Assembly (NCBI GenBank): GCA_013265495.1
Contig: MU058221.1
Coordinates: 3,970,001-4,034,000, forward strand
Reading direction: 5' to 3'
Source: Vicugna vicugna
Lineage: Eukaryota
DNA length: 64,000 nucleotides
The position numbers and the translations under genes were made by a program. The notes under the pieces were generated by a model. That model was not told the DNA's origin. It worked only from the letters and a program-made list of their open reading frames with translations, and ran no database searches. Below, piece by piece: positions 1-12,269 of the stretch (positions within the stretch are counted from its first letter, which is position 1; every line of letters begins with the position of its first letter).

Positions 1-75
1 CAGGTAGGTCCTGAGCATAGAAATATCATCAAAGCCGTCCAGGCAATCTTAATGTAAATCCAGGCATCTGAAAAA
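1..75. mobile_element. MER5-like hAT-Charlie MITE end fragment
   Basis: aggcaatcttaatgtaaatccaggcatctgaaaa resembles the MER5 terminus (aggtgattctaatgtgcagccagg..gagaaccactg); degraded and cut by the window edge. Confidence 0.35.
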
Positions 76-179
76 TTGAAGCAGGGCCTGGAGGCCATAT
101 TTCTCCCCCTAAGCGTGGTGGAAACTCCTTTATGGGTTTTGAATGAGAGACTAAAAAGACCTGATTTATCTGTAAAATG

Positions 180-421
180 TACAATGTATCAATTTCTGTT
201 GTACAGTATCATGTTCCAGTCATACATGGATGTATATATACATATATATTCATTTTCATATTCTTTGTCATTAAAGGTTATTATAAGATATTGAATATAG
301 TTCCCTGTGCTGTACAGAGAAGAAATTTGTTAATCTATTTTTATATATAGTGGTTATCATTTGCGAATCTCAAACTCCCAAATTTATCCCATTGTAACTG
401 ACTATACTTCATTAAAAAAAA
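180..421 (+). mobile_element. Lineage-specific L1 3' UTR insertion with 5' inversion (180-390 antisense, 391-421 sense plus A tail)
   Basis: Matches the other L1 3' UTR copies in the window; TSD atctgtaaaatg (168-179) / atctgcaaaatg (422-433). Confidence 0.85.
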
Positions 422-804
422 ATCTGCAAAATGCAAAATTTTGGAAAAGTTGACACAAATGCAATTTCTTCTGAAAAAAATCTTGTAAAGAATCAAGGTA
501 ATCCTGGAAATGGTTGAACTTACTCTGTAAGTTCTCACTATATACTTTGTTTAGAAAGCAGTAAAAAAGAGAAAAAAAAAAGCACTGTAAACCACTGTAT
601 TTGTTGGAAGAGTGGGTAGAAAAATGTGTTGCTCAAAATGTTGGCTGGTGGTCTGATCCATTTCATATTTTTCAGCCTAGAATGCAATGGAGTAACGTCT
701 TTACCCGTTGAAGGTAATTGTTGTTGCTACTGGCATTATTTAAAGTGTTTTTAGAATAAATTAAGAATTATAATCCAGGCATTAACATTAATTTGCTTTT
801 AATT

Positions 805-1000
805 ACATATTCATTCATACTGGCATCATGCAAAAAAACATGAACGTGCATGTGCCCCAGATACCAAAAACGCTGGAAACGCACTGGTAAGTAAGACATT
901 GCTCTGTCTCATATTTTATACATAAATAGGCAAAATATCATTAAGATGTGTATGTATATCAAGGAAAGTGTAAAGGAAAGGAGAACACAGAGTCGAAAGG
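805..1000 (-). mobile_element. L2 3' end fragment
   Basis: tcattcat start followed by degraded L2-like tgtgcc..gata..gtaagaca sequence. Confidence 0.4.
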
Positions 1001-1047
1001 AAAAGATCATTCCTTTAAAGAAAAATTTTTTTTAATGTCTAAAGAAC

Positions 1048-1371
1048 TGTGTTAGTCAAGGTTGTCCAGAGAAACAACCAAACTTGTTCGAGTCTGAAGG
1101 TCAGAAGCTGCTGTGTAAGCAGGAAAAGGCAATGGTCCAGCTCAAGGGCCATCAGGCAGGAATATGCTCGTGCTCGGGAAAGGCCAACATTTTAATGTAT
1201 TCAAGCCTTCATGTGATTGGACGAAGCCCACCCGTATTACGAAGGATGATGCATTTTACATCTTCTACCAGGGAAAGGTTAGTCTCATCCAGCAGCACCT
1301 TCAGAGAACACCTAACACAGTGTTGGACCAAATTTCTGGCAGCTCTGTGTCCCATTCTAACTGCCATCACA
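1048..1371 (-). mobile_element. MLT2 (ERVL) solo LTR
   Basis: TG...CA termini; tgtgttagtcaaggttgtccagagaaaca end; diagnostic gattggacgaagcccacccgtatta and tgttggaccaaatttctgg motifs; partial 5-bp TSD agaac/gcaac. Confidence 0.85.
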
Positions 1372-1692
1372 GCAACTTTTTGGATTCCCTCTTTATCACT
1401 TATGTCTAAGTCAAATTGAATAAATTAGTAGAGTGTATTGTCACCTAAATGAAGTAGCTATCCAGGGAGTCGATAAAAGTTCTTGTTTTGAGCGCAGTGA
1501 GTTTATCATTTGTTTTTGTTTTGTTTACTGTAAGTCAAGTCCTGTCTCTACCTCAAGAAGATAGCTAATGGCTGGGTCACTGGTGGCCAGGTACAGCACA
1601 GGCATGGTGGCATGCTGTTCCAAGGTGTCAAATTCTGATCACTAAATATTGCATATTTTAAGAGCAGCAGACATTACTAGCATCCATTTATC

Positions 1693-1759
1693 TGTGTGTG
1701 TGTGTGTGTGTGTGTGTGTAACAATATGTATATATATATATATACACACACACACACAT
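1693..1759. repeat. Compound microsatellite (TG)n-(TA)n-(CA)n
   Basis: Directly visible. Confidence 0.95.
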
Positions 1760-1825
1760 GCAATGAGTGTATGTACATATGTGTGTGTCTATCTGTATAC
1801 GAAAATATATGTATATTCCAAACAT

Positions 1826-1897
1826 TACCACAGTTGAATGTCTCCAGATATGCCCCAGTGCCCCTGGGGGTCAGATCACCCCAGTTGAGAAACATTG
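1826..1897 (-). mobile_element. MER20 (hAT-Charlie) terminal fragment
   Basis: aatgtctccagatatgccccagtgcccctgggggtcagatcaccccagttgagaaacattg matches the reverse complement of the MER20 5' end. Confidence 0.8.
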
Positions 1898-4800
1898 GCC
1901 GAGACAGATGCTGGCCGGCGGGCTGTGTTCTGCAGACCATGGAGCCTGGGCATGCGGTGGGACTGTGCCCGGGGAATCCACTGCTTTGCAGCAGCCTGTC
2001 AGTAAGCCTGCTCTTTTCTGCAGAGAGACATTACCTCATTCCTCAAGACTGCTCATCACAAACACAGTGATGGCCTGGACAAAGAGCAGTCTTGCCCTTG
2101 AACTTGGAATACATCCAGAAAACAGGCTGGAGGTACGAGAGACCCACAGAGCACTGTCTCCCGGCAGTCACACGGTTGACTATGGCTTTCATTTATTAGT
2201 GAGCGAGCCAGGAAGCCCCAAATACAGCCCCCTCTAATTTGAATGAAGTTTCCAAATGGAATGTCCAAGATCCTGTGTGCTCAATTTGTAGCTCCTTTTC
2301 TCTGACAAAAGAGCCGCACTGAGACTTAATCTGGATTCGTCCATCACTTGAGCATCTTGGGCCTCCTTCCAGTGTAGATAAATGAGTGAGCTCAGCACGC
2401 CTAAGGGCTCACACTGAATGTTAGGTGACCCACTGGGTAGAAATGGTAAAGGTGTCCATCACTGATCACTCCCTGAGGTGCTGTGGGCATCCTGTCATCC
2501 TATGCAATGGTTGTCATGAGAAGTGAGTGTTTCCCTGAAGGGTGTGGTTGATAATGTTGTCTTCAAATGGCAGACCCACATGATCCAGGCTGAAAAATGC
2601 AGTGAGTCCAGTGGTATTTTTGACTTAACATACTGGATGTTGCAGATGGGAACAGAAGGTGCTCGGTGTCCTCAGCATCCGTCCAAAATAAACAAATACA
2701 TTATTTTCACATCGGCTTCCCAGTGAGATGATTATGGTGCAGTCCACAGAGAACAAGGGTGTGAAGAGCTGCCTTGTCAAGTGCAGGAACCCCGTGGAAG
2801 AAAGTCCTCCAGCAGGGCCACATCATTGCATCAGGAACTGCGAAGAGAACGCCAGCTTTTGGGGTTGCTCTCCTGCCCTGCAAGGGGGATCATCAGCAGA
2901 GGACACCCCTGCAGAAGTTCAGTCAGCTTTGGCTTGGTTCGTTCGAACCGGCTTCCAGAACAAGATGGGATTGCCACTGATGAGTTTCTTTGAAATGGCT
3001 GTTTCCTCCAGCTGTATTTTACAAATGGTGGTTGCATTAAAGAGTAAATGAAACTTCCCTGAAGAACACAGTCCGCCATGACTTTAGTGTCTTTACTGAC
3101 ACATCTGGGAAGACGGATGGACCCTAAAGAGCTAGCTGCAAACTAAGTGAGTCATTTTTGTCTCCCAGGAATGTTTTATATGCTGCAAAATGTGACAAAG
3201 GCCATTACAGAAATGATATTTCCCAGCAATGAATCTGCTGTCCATCCCCTGCTATTCCAAACACTCAGACAATTGCTGTGGAATTGCTCATGACCCGAAA
3301 AGCTAGTAGTCATTGGCTAGCTGCCCTGATATTTTTTCCTGAAGATAGGGCAATGCTGGAAAATTCCTTAAATGCAGAATGGGTGTTGAAAAAAAATTTT
3401 TTAAGATAACTTTCTAAGTGCCACTCATTCAAATTAAAAAAAAAATGTTTTCCAGGGTTTATGTTGATAATAAGGTATATGGTACTGGTGATCAATTACA
3501 TCAAAGTTTTCAATTCCGCAAAATAAATATTGCTCGTTTTCCTCCAAAATGAGCACCAAACTATCTGTTTACAGATATTAAATTGGTCAAGTCGAGCCAA
3601 GTAAAATCCTATTTATTAAGAAGGTGTCAGCTGAGGATGAGTCTCTGACCTTGAGGAGATCATGAGAGCGAAATGAGATCAACGTAGCACCAAAAGTGAA
3701 CGATCAAGGAGCCGATGTTCGATGCGTATCTGAAAGCAGTCACGGCAGTGCACCGACTCAGTGCCATGGTTACCAATGCTTCCAGGAAGTAGGGTCAGTT
3801 CAAGGTGGTTGTTAAAGGACGAATTGACGAGTTGACAATGGCAAGTTGGACTATGCTTTTAAGACACCTGGATGCAGTGACAAATGCACGTGCTGCTTAT
3901 GGAAGCCAGTCAGACCCAGCGGGGAGAGGTGCCCTGTGGCCCAGCACAACACGCCCGTCAGCTCTGGCTGTGGCTTCTCGTGTTGCCGTTGGCTTGCGTC
4001 CCAGGACTGTTCCCAGGCCCCTCGTTTGGGTGGCTTTCTCTGAACCATCACTTGCAGCATCTCCACAGTTGTGCCCGCGGTCTCCCTCCCACTGAGTTCC
4101 ACTTCTACCCAAGGCTACATTTCTCAAAAGGGAGACAGAATTTTCTGTTTTCTCTTCCCTGACCTTTGGTCCCACCTTCATGTGCTCCTGGAATAGGGCC
4201 ATGTTGTACTTAGTGGGAGCAAATGGTGTGTGGAATATTAGTCAGAAGGAACCCCAAATAACAAAACAAACAAAGATAACGATAGCGTGTCTTTACCTGG
4301 GCACTAATTCTCCTGAAACGAACTGTCTACACATATCAGAGTGACTATGAAGTGGATGTTATGATGTAACTCTTTCATGTGTTTCTTTTTAATAAATAAA
4401 GAAACGCCTGCATCTTCATCCTGCCTGTCGCCACGTACGCTGAGAGAAGCCGTAGCCTCAGTGGAGAATTGCATGCTTTCCCACCAGTAGAATCACATGA
4501 AAACAACAAACCCACTTTCCATCACCCCAGACAGAAAGTCTGCGTCATGTCAATCAACTTCTACCAGGAACATTCTTATATTTAAAAGACGTGGGATGGG
4601 CACGGCAGAGAGAGGAAAACAAAATGACTGAGACTGAATATGATAAAGAATTGCTTTTGCATTCCTGTGAAACCTCTGGCTCCTGCATGTTCCCTTATTC
4701 CTGGAAAAGTCTGAACCCATTGCTTCTCTCTGGACCCCAAATCACTGACTGCCATGCTGTGTAGCAGTTAATTAGAAATAATCAAGATAGATGGTTGTAA

Positions 4801-5609
4801 TGTATTTATCCTTCATCCTTTAAAAAGTGTGTGTGTGTATAATATGAGCATAATAGGTAGATATTCACGTTTATTATACAATTTGGCCAGTTCTAATAAG
4901 CTGCTGAGAAAAAAATTAATCCTCAGGGCTTGTCACGGGTGGAGGAAAAAAAAAATCTACCTTTTGGCAACCAGATCAGAGGCAGAAACCAGTTAACGGA
5001 ATTGACTTAGGACATAGCAGGACAAAGGAAGTAATGTCAGGAGCTCCGAAGAGCAGAGTCAGGTTGGTAATTCAAGATCTTGAATATGCAAGATCGTTGT
5101 CAGAAAGCGCACTGAAAATATTATGAGGTGTGTGTGAAGCAGAGTTGATGAATTCGCTTTAGCCAGGAGCCCTGAAGACCTCACATTGTCAGATGAGCCC
5201 TAGTGTCCTCTGCTTTCATCTCTTCCTATTTCAAGGTCAACCCACTGTTTCAAACAAAAAAACAAACAACAAACAAACAAAAAAAGCCAAGAACCTGAAA
5301 CAAACTCCATCACTGGAATCTCGACTACAATAAAAGGAAGTAAGAGAGAAAAACAAGGCATGATTTTTCACATATAATTTTCCTGTTATGTTTAAAAAAT
5401 ATTCATAGTTATGATTTATCATTAAACATGTTTTAATATCAAAACATCTGCCTATAGTTTATAAGTATAAATGTATGAAACTTGCCTCAATTCTTATACA
5501 GAGAGGAAGGAAAAGTGTAAAAATGAAGACTGGGAAAGTCTGAGATATTCTGAAATGGGGTTATATGGGAAATCCAAGGAATAAATGAATATAAAAATAA
5601 CTAAATGAA

Positions 5610-6372
5610 AGTAAGCAAGAACTAGAAAAAAAATACCATATGATATCACTCATATGTGGAATCTAAAAAAAAAAAAACAGAAGACAAGGAAAAAGGAGGA
5701 CACTAAAGAACTCATCTACAAAACAGAAACAGATTTGCAGACAGAGTAAACTATCTTATGGTGACCAGGGGAAAGGGGATGGGAAGGGATAAATTTGGGA
5801 GTTTGGGAGATTTGCAAATGTTAACCACTATATAAAAAAATAGAAAAAAAAAACAAACAAATTTCTTCTGCATAGCACAGGGAGCTATATTCAATATCTT
5901 GTAATAACCTTTAATCAAAAATAAATAGACATACATACATATATGACTGTGACAATACACTGTATACCAGAAATTGACACATTGTACCTGATTATACTTC
6001 AATTTAAAAGAAGTCTTATTTGGCTGTAAAATGTGTATTGCCACTAGGCAGGCTGCCCGGTGTCCTCTCTCCCATCTATGCTTCAGCATCTCTGCCTCCT
6101 TACCTGCCGTTATCCCCTCCCCTGAGAGGACCCCTCAGGCCATGAGGCATTAATGCCTGTACTGATGGTAAAGACACAATAAACTGACTTCTGCATGGTG
6201 CCCGCATAATCAGAGCACTTGTTAGGAGGGGAAAAAAAATCAGTCTGAATAGCACTTGGTAGCTACAAAGACTAAGTAATGGACTGCATTTATCGCTTTT
6301 CAATAGGACACGTTGGTGTTCAAAATTATTAAATATTGGTGATGACAAGGTCAAAAAATAAAAAATAAAAAT
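5610..6372 (+). mobile_element. 5'-truncated L1 3' UTR (5610-6009) carrying ~340 bp of 3'-transduced unique DNA and a second A-rich tail
   Basis: L1 3' UTR motifs (tgatatcactcatatgtggaatct, tataccagaaattgacacattgta); ATTAAA 6328-6333; A-rich tail from 6353; TSD 5593-5609 / 6373-6389 (15/17). Confidence 0.8.
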
Positions 6373-7707
6373 AAAAGTGACTAAATGAATTTGGAAGAGA
6401 TAGGCAGGTGTATACCACAGTGGGTGTCCATGTCTTCAACAGAGGCTGAGGGTTAATCAGATATCCCTCTGGAGATGGTCTCTGCCTAGCGTCTTCTTAT
6501 TCTACACATTCTTTTGTGAGTGGTACCAGCGAATAACTAGGAAGAACCATAACTACACATCATTTCATGCTACGCGAGCCTAGCTTGATCTCGGCGAGTG
6601 GCTACCAAACAGTTCTCTGATTTAAATCCATGGTGTTCAGCGTCCTTCCCAACTTTACTCTTGGGATCACAGAAGAATTTCAGAGCAGCTTCATTCTACA
6701 CTTTCTCCTCTTTAGAAGGTTGTGTGTTGCATTATTTAAAATGATTGATGTGGATTTGCCTAGTAGATAATGTCATTATGTTGCCATTCTTTAAGCCATT
6801 TAATCTTACTTAGCACACACTTAAATTTATGATAAACGAATGCACAAGAATATGAAATATACTCCCCTAGCAAATCAAGATGATAGGAAGGCATTCAATT
6901 CTGTTTTATTTCACAAGGAAATTAGGAAGGAGTTCTCTGAATAAGCCACACACAGTCTTGAACACTTTGCTCTGGAATGTCCAATAATGAGATTAGTTGG
7001 TGAAAAATAGATCAAGCGTTCAACTGGAGTTATTTTAGACTATTCTCATCCAGGGGTCTTAGTGTTTCCCACGAGAGACACCTGCTCCAGCTTTCGTTTA
7101 GGGTCTCTCTGATGGAGGGGAAATCTCCCCTTTTTCTTGGCTTCCATGTTGTATTTACAGCTGTCTGCTTAGTTTAACTCCAGGATAGAAATGATGTGTT
7201 TTGAAGAACGTAACTATAGAAGATTATCTGATTTAAGGAGTTCCTAAGGTGGTTGTGTGGTTGGGACCAAACTTGAGTCCTTTATAGAGAACATTTTTGC
7301 CCCTCAGGAGTCCACCGTTAAAGATGTTTTCCCTTCAATTTAAGATTTAACTTCTTGCTAAAAATCTAAAACGGATCCTTTGGATTATGTAACCATTTAA
7401 GCTGCCCTTAGTAACTTGTGCTGTGCAGTAATTGACGGATATGGAAACGAGTATTTATAGGAAGAGCAAGACATTCTTTGTGTATTTACTCCCTCTGTGG
7501 TAATGAGGGACATACGTTCATTACCACTTAGACATTTTATTTAAAAAAAATGAAGTTACTGTACACAGCGTAAAGTAGATATCCAGAGTGAGCTACTGTG
7601 TGCAAAGGTAACTGGTATTCTTTGCATTTAGCACATTAAATCCAACCCGTAAGTGATAAATCAGTCTAAGAAGATGGACAATAAGTACACTGCAAGATAT
7701 TAAAATA

Positions 7708-7783
7708 GCTTTATGTTTGGAGACAGAGAGAGAACATGGCCTTTGGCTTTATGTTTGGAGACATAGAGAGAACATGGCCTTTG
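7708..7783. repeat. 38-bp tandem duplication, 2 copies, 1 mismatch
   Basis: gctttatgtttggagaca(g/t)agagagaacatggcctttg occurs twice. Confidence 0.95.
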
Positions 7784-7920
7784 GATGTGACCAAGGCTGG
7801 GTTGGAATCTCATTTCTCACACTGATTTTGTTGCCTTGAACACATCACTCTTCTTCACTAGTTTCCTTCTCTTCTTCTGTAAAGTAGGAGGAATGACTGA
7901 TAAACCCCTCGTGCTGCAGC
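7760..7920 (+). mobile_element. MIR SINE fragment
   Basis: gagaacatggcctttgga..ctgggttggaatctc..tgccttgaaca..agtttcct..ctgtaaagtagg, the MIR core pattern. Confidence 0.65.
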
Positions 7921-8334
7921 TGATCCCTGTATCGTTGGTAGTGTGTGATAGGTGCCCGGTGGGAGGTAATCATGTTGGAAGCATTATAATCACAAGAGCT
8001 CAGGAAACACCTGTCGGTGGACAAGCAATACACTACCCGCTGTTGTGATGTTGTGTGTTAAACACAAACTATGGTGTATTCTTCAACCACCACCATCTCC
8101 AAATTGCCCCTCAGGAGACCGGAACTGCAAATTCTCGCTTTCCGTATTCTCCATTAAGAAAAATATTCCACACCTGGAGAGCTCTTGAGAAAACAGCGTC
8201 TCAGTTTCTGAGAAACCATGAATAGTAACAAACTAGAGAGTCAATCATTTGAGAATCAAGGCAGGCACCCAACTGCTAAAATTAAGATAATTAGTGTTTT
8301 TCACGTCATCCCAAGAAGCAGAAAACCTATTGTC

Positions 8335-8470
8335 ATCATCATTATTATTAGCTGATGTTTTAGAAAACGTATTTTATACTAAAGATTGTGGTGAGAAATC
8401 TTTACTCTCACCACAATAAGAAGGAGACCTTCGCAGCATCTCTGCCTTACAGATGTGATCTTTGAGGCAA
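8335..8470 (-). mobile_element. MIR SINE fragment
   Basis: ttattagctgatgtttta..ctcaccacaat..ttacagatgtgatctttgaggc. Confidence 0.45.
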
Positions 8471-8825
8471 AGTGCTCAGGTCAGAAATCCACTGGGTGTG
8501 TTGGATGAATGAATAGGTGAATGAGTCCATTAAATGACCACTCCTGTCAGAAACATTACCCAGGACTATACAACTTGATGTTTGAAGGGCTTAAAACCCG
8601 GGTCCTATGTAGGCGTGGAAACAGCAGAAGTACGGACCTGATTCAATGTTGTTGGGCAGGGCCATTGCTGAAACCAAAACAAAATTAACCTCCTGGACCT
8701 GAGCTTGGGTCTCTGTGTGTCCAGGGAAGGGAAGGCGAAGGATTGGAAGGCAAGAGCCACTGAGGATTTTGCATCTGGATTCATTCAGTTGCACAAGTGT
8801 TACTGACTATGATGAGTTGGTAGTA

Positions 8826-8958
8826 AGTGGTGTTCCTCTGCCTCCACATTTGGAACATCTTAGACACACTGATTCCTGGGTCCCTCCCCTTCCAAAGGCA
8901 CCAAAGCAGGGTGTCAGGGGCGGAGGCACTCCTGATCAGTCCGAATTTGGGAACAATT
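8826..8958. mobile_element. MER5-like MITE remnant
   Basis: acactgattcctgggtccctcccc..ctcctgatcagtccgaatttgggaac resembles MER5B. Confidence 0.35.
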
Positions 8959-9319
8959 AGGATTCTCACCAGCCCTGAGGATAAAGCGGAATGTTAAAGT
9001 TTTCCCTGTGTCTGTCCCATGCCTAGAGATCAGATCTCTGTTAGATCTGTGGGGTAAATAAGTGACTAGGTGACTAAAGTCACCGAACAGCCCTGACAGA
9101 CTTCCTACGTTAACATCTGCAGTTTTCACGTCTGAGCTTAAACTCACGTGAGTGTGTTTCCTGAAATCACCCTGATGGATTTTCTAATCTCTTCCCAGCT
9201 CAGCTCAGCCTCACACCCCTTAGCACTCCCAGCCCCCAGCTCCTTCTTTCTAGTCAGTATCCCAGGGGCAAACAATAATAAAAGGTACCGTTCATTGAGC
9301 ATTGCAATTATTCAAGGCA

Positions 9320-9773
9320 TTTTATTTTTTTAATTTTTTTTAAATTGAAATTTAGTCAGTTTGCAATGTTGTGTCAGTTTCTGGTGTACAGCATGGTTCA
9401 GTCTTACATATGCATACGTATATTCGTTTTCATGTTCTTTTTCACCATATGTGACTACAAGATGGTGAATCTAGTTCCCTGTGCTGTACAGTATAAACTT
9501 ATTGTTTATCTATTTTATACAATGTAGTTAGTGTTGCAAATCTTGAGCCCCAGGCTTTTATCCTTTCCCACCCTCTTTCCCCACTGGTAACCGTAAGCTT
9601 GTTTTTTATGTCTGTGAGTCTGTTTCTGTTTTGTAAATAAGTTCATTTGTGTCCTTTTTATTTATTTATTTAATTTTAGGTTCCAATGACTGATACCATA
9701 TGGTATTTTTCTCTCTCTTTCTGGCTTGCTTCACTTAGAATGACGGTCTCCAGATCCACCCATGTTGCTGCAA
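9320..9773 (-). mobile_element. Lineage-specific L1 3' end, inserted into a MIR-like remnant
   Basis: T-rich tail then ttgaaatttagtcagtttgcaatgttgtgtc ... ccatgttgctgcaa; degenerate TSD tattcaaggcattt / tatttgagacactt. Confidence 0.9.
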
Positions 9774-10008
9774 GTTTATTTGAGACACTTTAAAACCTAG
9801 ATGCTATGTGTTCTTACAGTCTCATTTCCCGCTTACAACCAACATACCTACAGTCTATGGACAATGAAATATTTACCCACAGACACACAACCTGTCACCT
9901 CCTCACCCAAGGGTTTTGCTCATGTTGCTTCCTCTGTTGGCTTCCAGATGCTCATGAGACAAGCTGAGGTTCTCTCCTCCCATCCCAAGGGACCAGTACA
10001 TCAATGCT

Positions 10009-10041
10009 AAAAAAAACTAAAAAAAAAAAAAAAAAAAAAAA
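10009..10041 (+). repeat. Poly(A) tract
   Basis: Directly visible. Confidence 0.9.
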
Positions 10042-12060
10042 GAGTTGGACCTCTTGCCTTTATCGGTCTTGATCATGGTCATCCGTCATTCAGATTAGTC
10101 ACGTACTTCAAGGAAATGCTCTCTGCTCATGGAAATCCTCACATGCCGTGGTGAACTCTCAGTCACACCTGTGAATAAACAGTAGTTGACAGACAATTAT
10201 TAGTTCTACTTTGTGGCTTACCTCTTAGTCTAGCTAAGTGGTACTAGTTTAGAAACTTACCTAAAAGGGAGGAAGTGTGACTTAAATTACACACTCATAA
10301 AGCTTATTCTTCAGTCACACTGTTGGATTTTGAGATGCTGGACTGTTCTTTCTTTAGTCTTAGATTGTTAAAAAAAAAAAGGTGGTCAAGGATCTTTACT
10401 TATAATGAAAACAGTTCAGCTGAAACTTTCTTTACAACAATTAATAGGATGGATATCACACTGGAGATAAAATATGAAGCTATGTTAACTTGGCATAACA
10501 GGTGAATCCAGACACATTTCTGGCATAGCCTGCCTTAGTTTGTGGGATAAAAACGTTGCTATTTGATGATGATGATGGTGATGATGACATTAACCACTCT
10601 AACTTGTGGCTTCTGAGATAGATTCTTTTAACTCAAATCTCAATATAGTTACATATTATATAGTATCAATTTATTAGGGAGTTGAAACTTCACTAATGGA
10701 AGCTAATTCATTTAAATATTACTGCTGAGTTGCTCAACTATGACTTCACAATTTAATTCAGATACGCGGTCCTACTCAGAGTGACCTGCCATGGTGTTTA
10801 AGGCGCTACTTCTCTGTAGATAGAGATAATAATTATGTATTAATCTGGAATTTTTTATGGTTCTTAATCGTAAATAATTGGAAATTTAGTGCCATTTGAT
10901 TATTATTCGAGTCTAAAATCTAGTTAAGTCACTGAGAAAATGTTTCAAATGACTGTATCAACTAAGAGGCAAGTGAAATTAATATCAAACACTAAAAATA
11001 ATATCCATATGGAGGGAGATCCTCTGCAATGTCCTCGTGATTGTGACAGTCCTTCTTTCCGGTTTTGGCTTCACTTTTTATTTAGATGTGTAATTTGGAC
11101 AAACTTCTTTCTGCTTCCTAAACATTATAGAAGGCAAAATATGAGGTTCAAGAAGAGAATCTCAAACAAAATCAATGAATTATTTTACACTCTAGTTATC
11201 ACAAAAAAAAAAGAAAGAAAAAGAAAAAAATCCTGCTACAGTTTGTGGATTCATCAAAATAAAGTGGGCGGAAAAGAGAATTTCATGATTGCCTTCCTTT
11301 GGTTAAACTCAGCTACTATAAAAAATAGAAATATGAATGAACATTCACCTGGTTCTGGACTCACCAAAGGGAAGAAAAACAAAAGTAGAACAGAGCAGAA
11401 TCCTGCCAGTTGGTTTCACAAAGTAACAGCGTGAATTAAAAAGAAACAACAAAAATATAAGCTTTTAAGTTTAAAGAAAGAAGAAAACAAAACATTTTTT
11501 AGATTGTTCTCTGCTGGATCTTCAGTACCAAGAAGACTGTCTGGCATATTTTCAACAATATTTGATAACTGAAAGAGTAAAATAAATAAGCTTTGTTTTT
11601 ACACAACACAATTAAAAATTGAGTGTACTATTACAGATGAAGCAGAAAATATAATTTCATGAAAATAAAGTTACCCAAAAAATACATAACACTTTGGATT
11701 TTTTTTCTTTTTACTTTTGTTTTGTAAGGTTAATTGTACTTTGCTGCAAATCTATAGTCATATATTTAAGGGGGACAGAAAGCTGGGCTGACATCATCTT
11801 GATCAGAGGCATGAACTCCTAGCTCACATGGTCAGCTTTGATTATTAATGCATTCTGAGAAATGAATCAATTAAAGTTGGACTTGTATATTCTTGTTTAT
11901 CTCATTCTTCATTAAAATCGACGATTTTCTCACTCACGTGGCTCAGCAGTCTACCTAATTCTAGTGAAAATCCTCCGAACATAAGCAGATTTGGTGGCAC
12001 AAGCAACTCTGGCAAGGGGCAGACCCTTACGTGGTGTCTAGGACTTGAAGCTGGGATTAT

Positions 12061-12232
12061 TTAGTGGTAAAAGCATGATTTTTCACATCAAGCATATATA
12101 GGTTTAAGCCGGTTTTCTCCCACAACGTGACCTTAGGCAAACAACTTAAAAACGGTAAATCTCAATATTCTCTTATATAAAAAATGTGGGTGATATCATG
12201 TTACGTATTTTTGTGAATGTGTACTTGGCACA
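12061..12232 (+). mobile_element. MIR SINE
   Basis: agtggtaaaagcatg..gtgaccttaggcaaacaacttaa..ctcaatattctc..taaaaatg. Confidence 0.6.
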
Positions 12233-12269
12233 TTCCAAACAGTCCTCATCCTCAATATAAAAGGATGTG

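Noticed and set aside
1649..2237. Overlapping ORFs of 62-156 aa
   Set aside because: They arise from the stop-poor TG/TA/CA microsatellite and the MER20 fragment.
2514..2589. Possible minus-strand terminal exon (LDHVGLPFEDNIINHTLQGNTHFS*) after tgcatttttcag
   Set aside because: Short pyrimidine tract, no recognisable homologue and no partner exons found; expected by chance.
2728..3079. Region open in several frames, possible retrocopy
   Set aside because: No translation resembles a protein I recognise; no poly(A) tail or TSD.
10009..10041. Long poly(A) as the tail of a retroposed sequence
   Set aside because: No upstream match to the downstream flank (no TSD) and no poly(A) signal.
10940..11434. 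Longest ORF in the track (164 aa)
   Set aside because: Lys/Asn-rich from A-runs, overlaps a MIR-like remnant, and has no recognisable domain or splice context.
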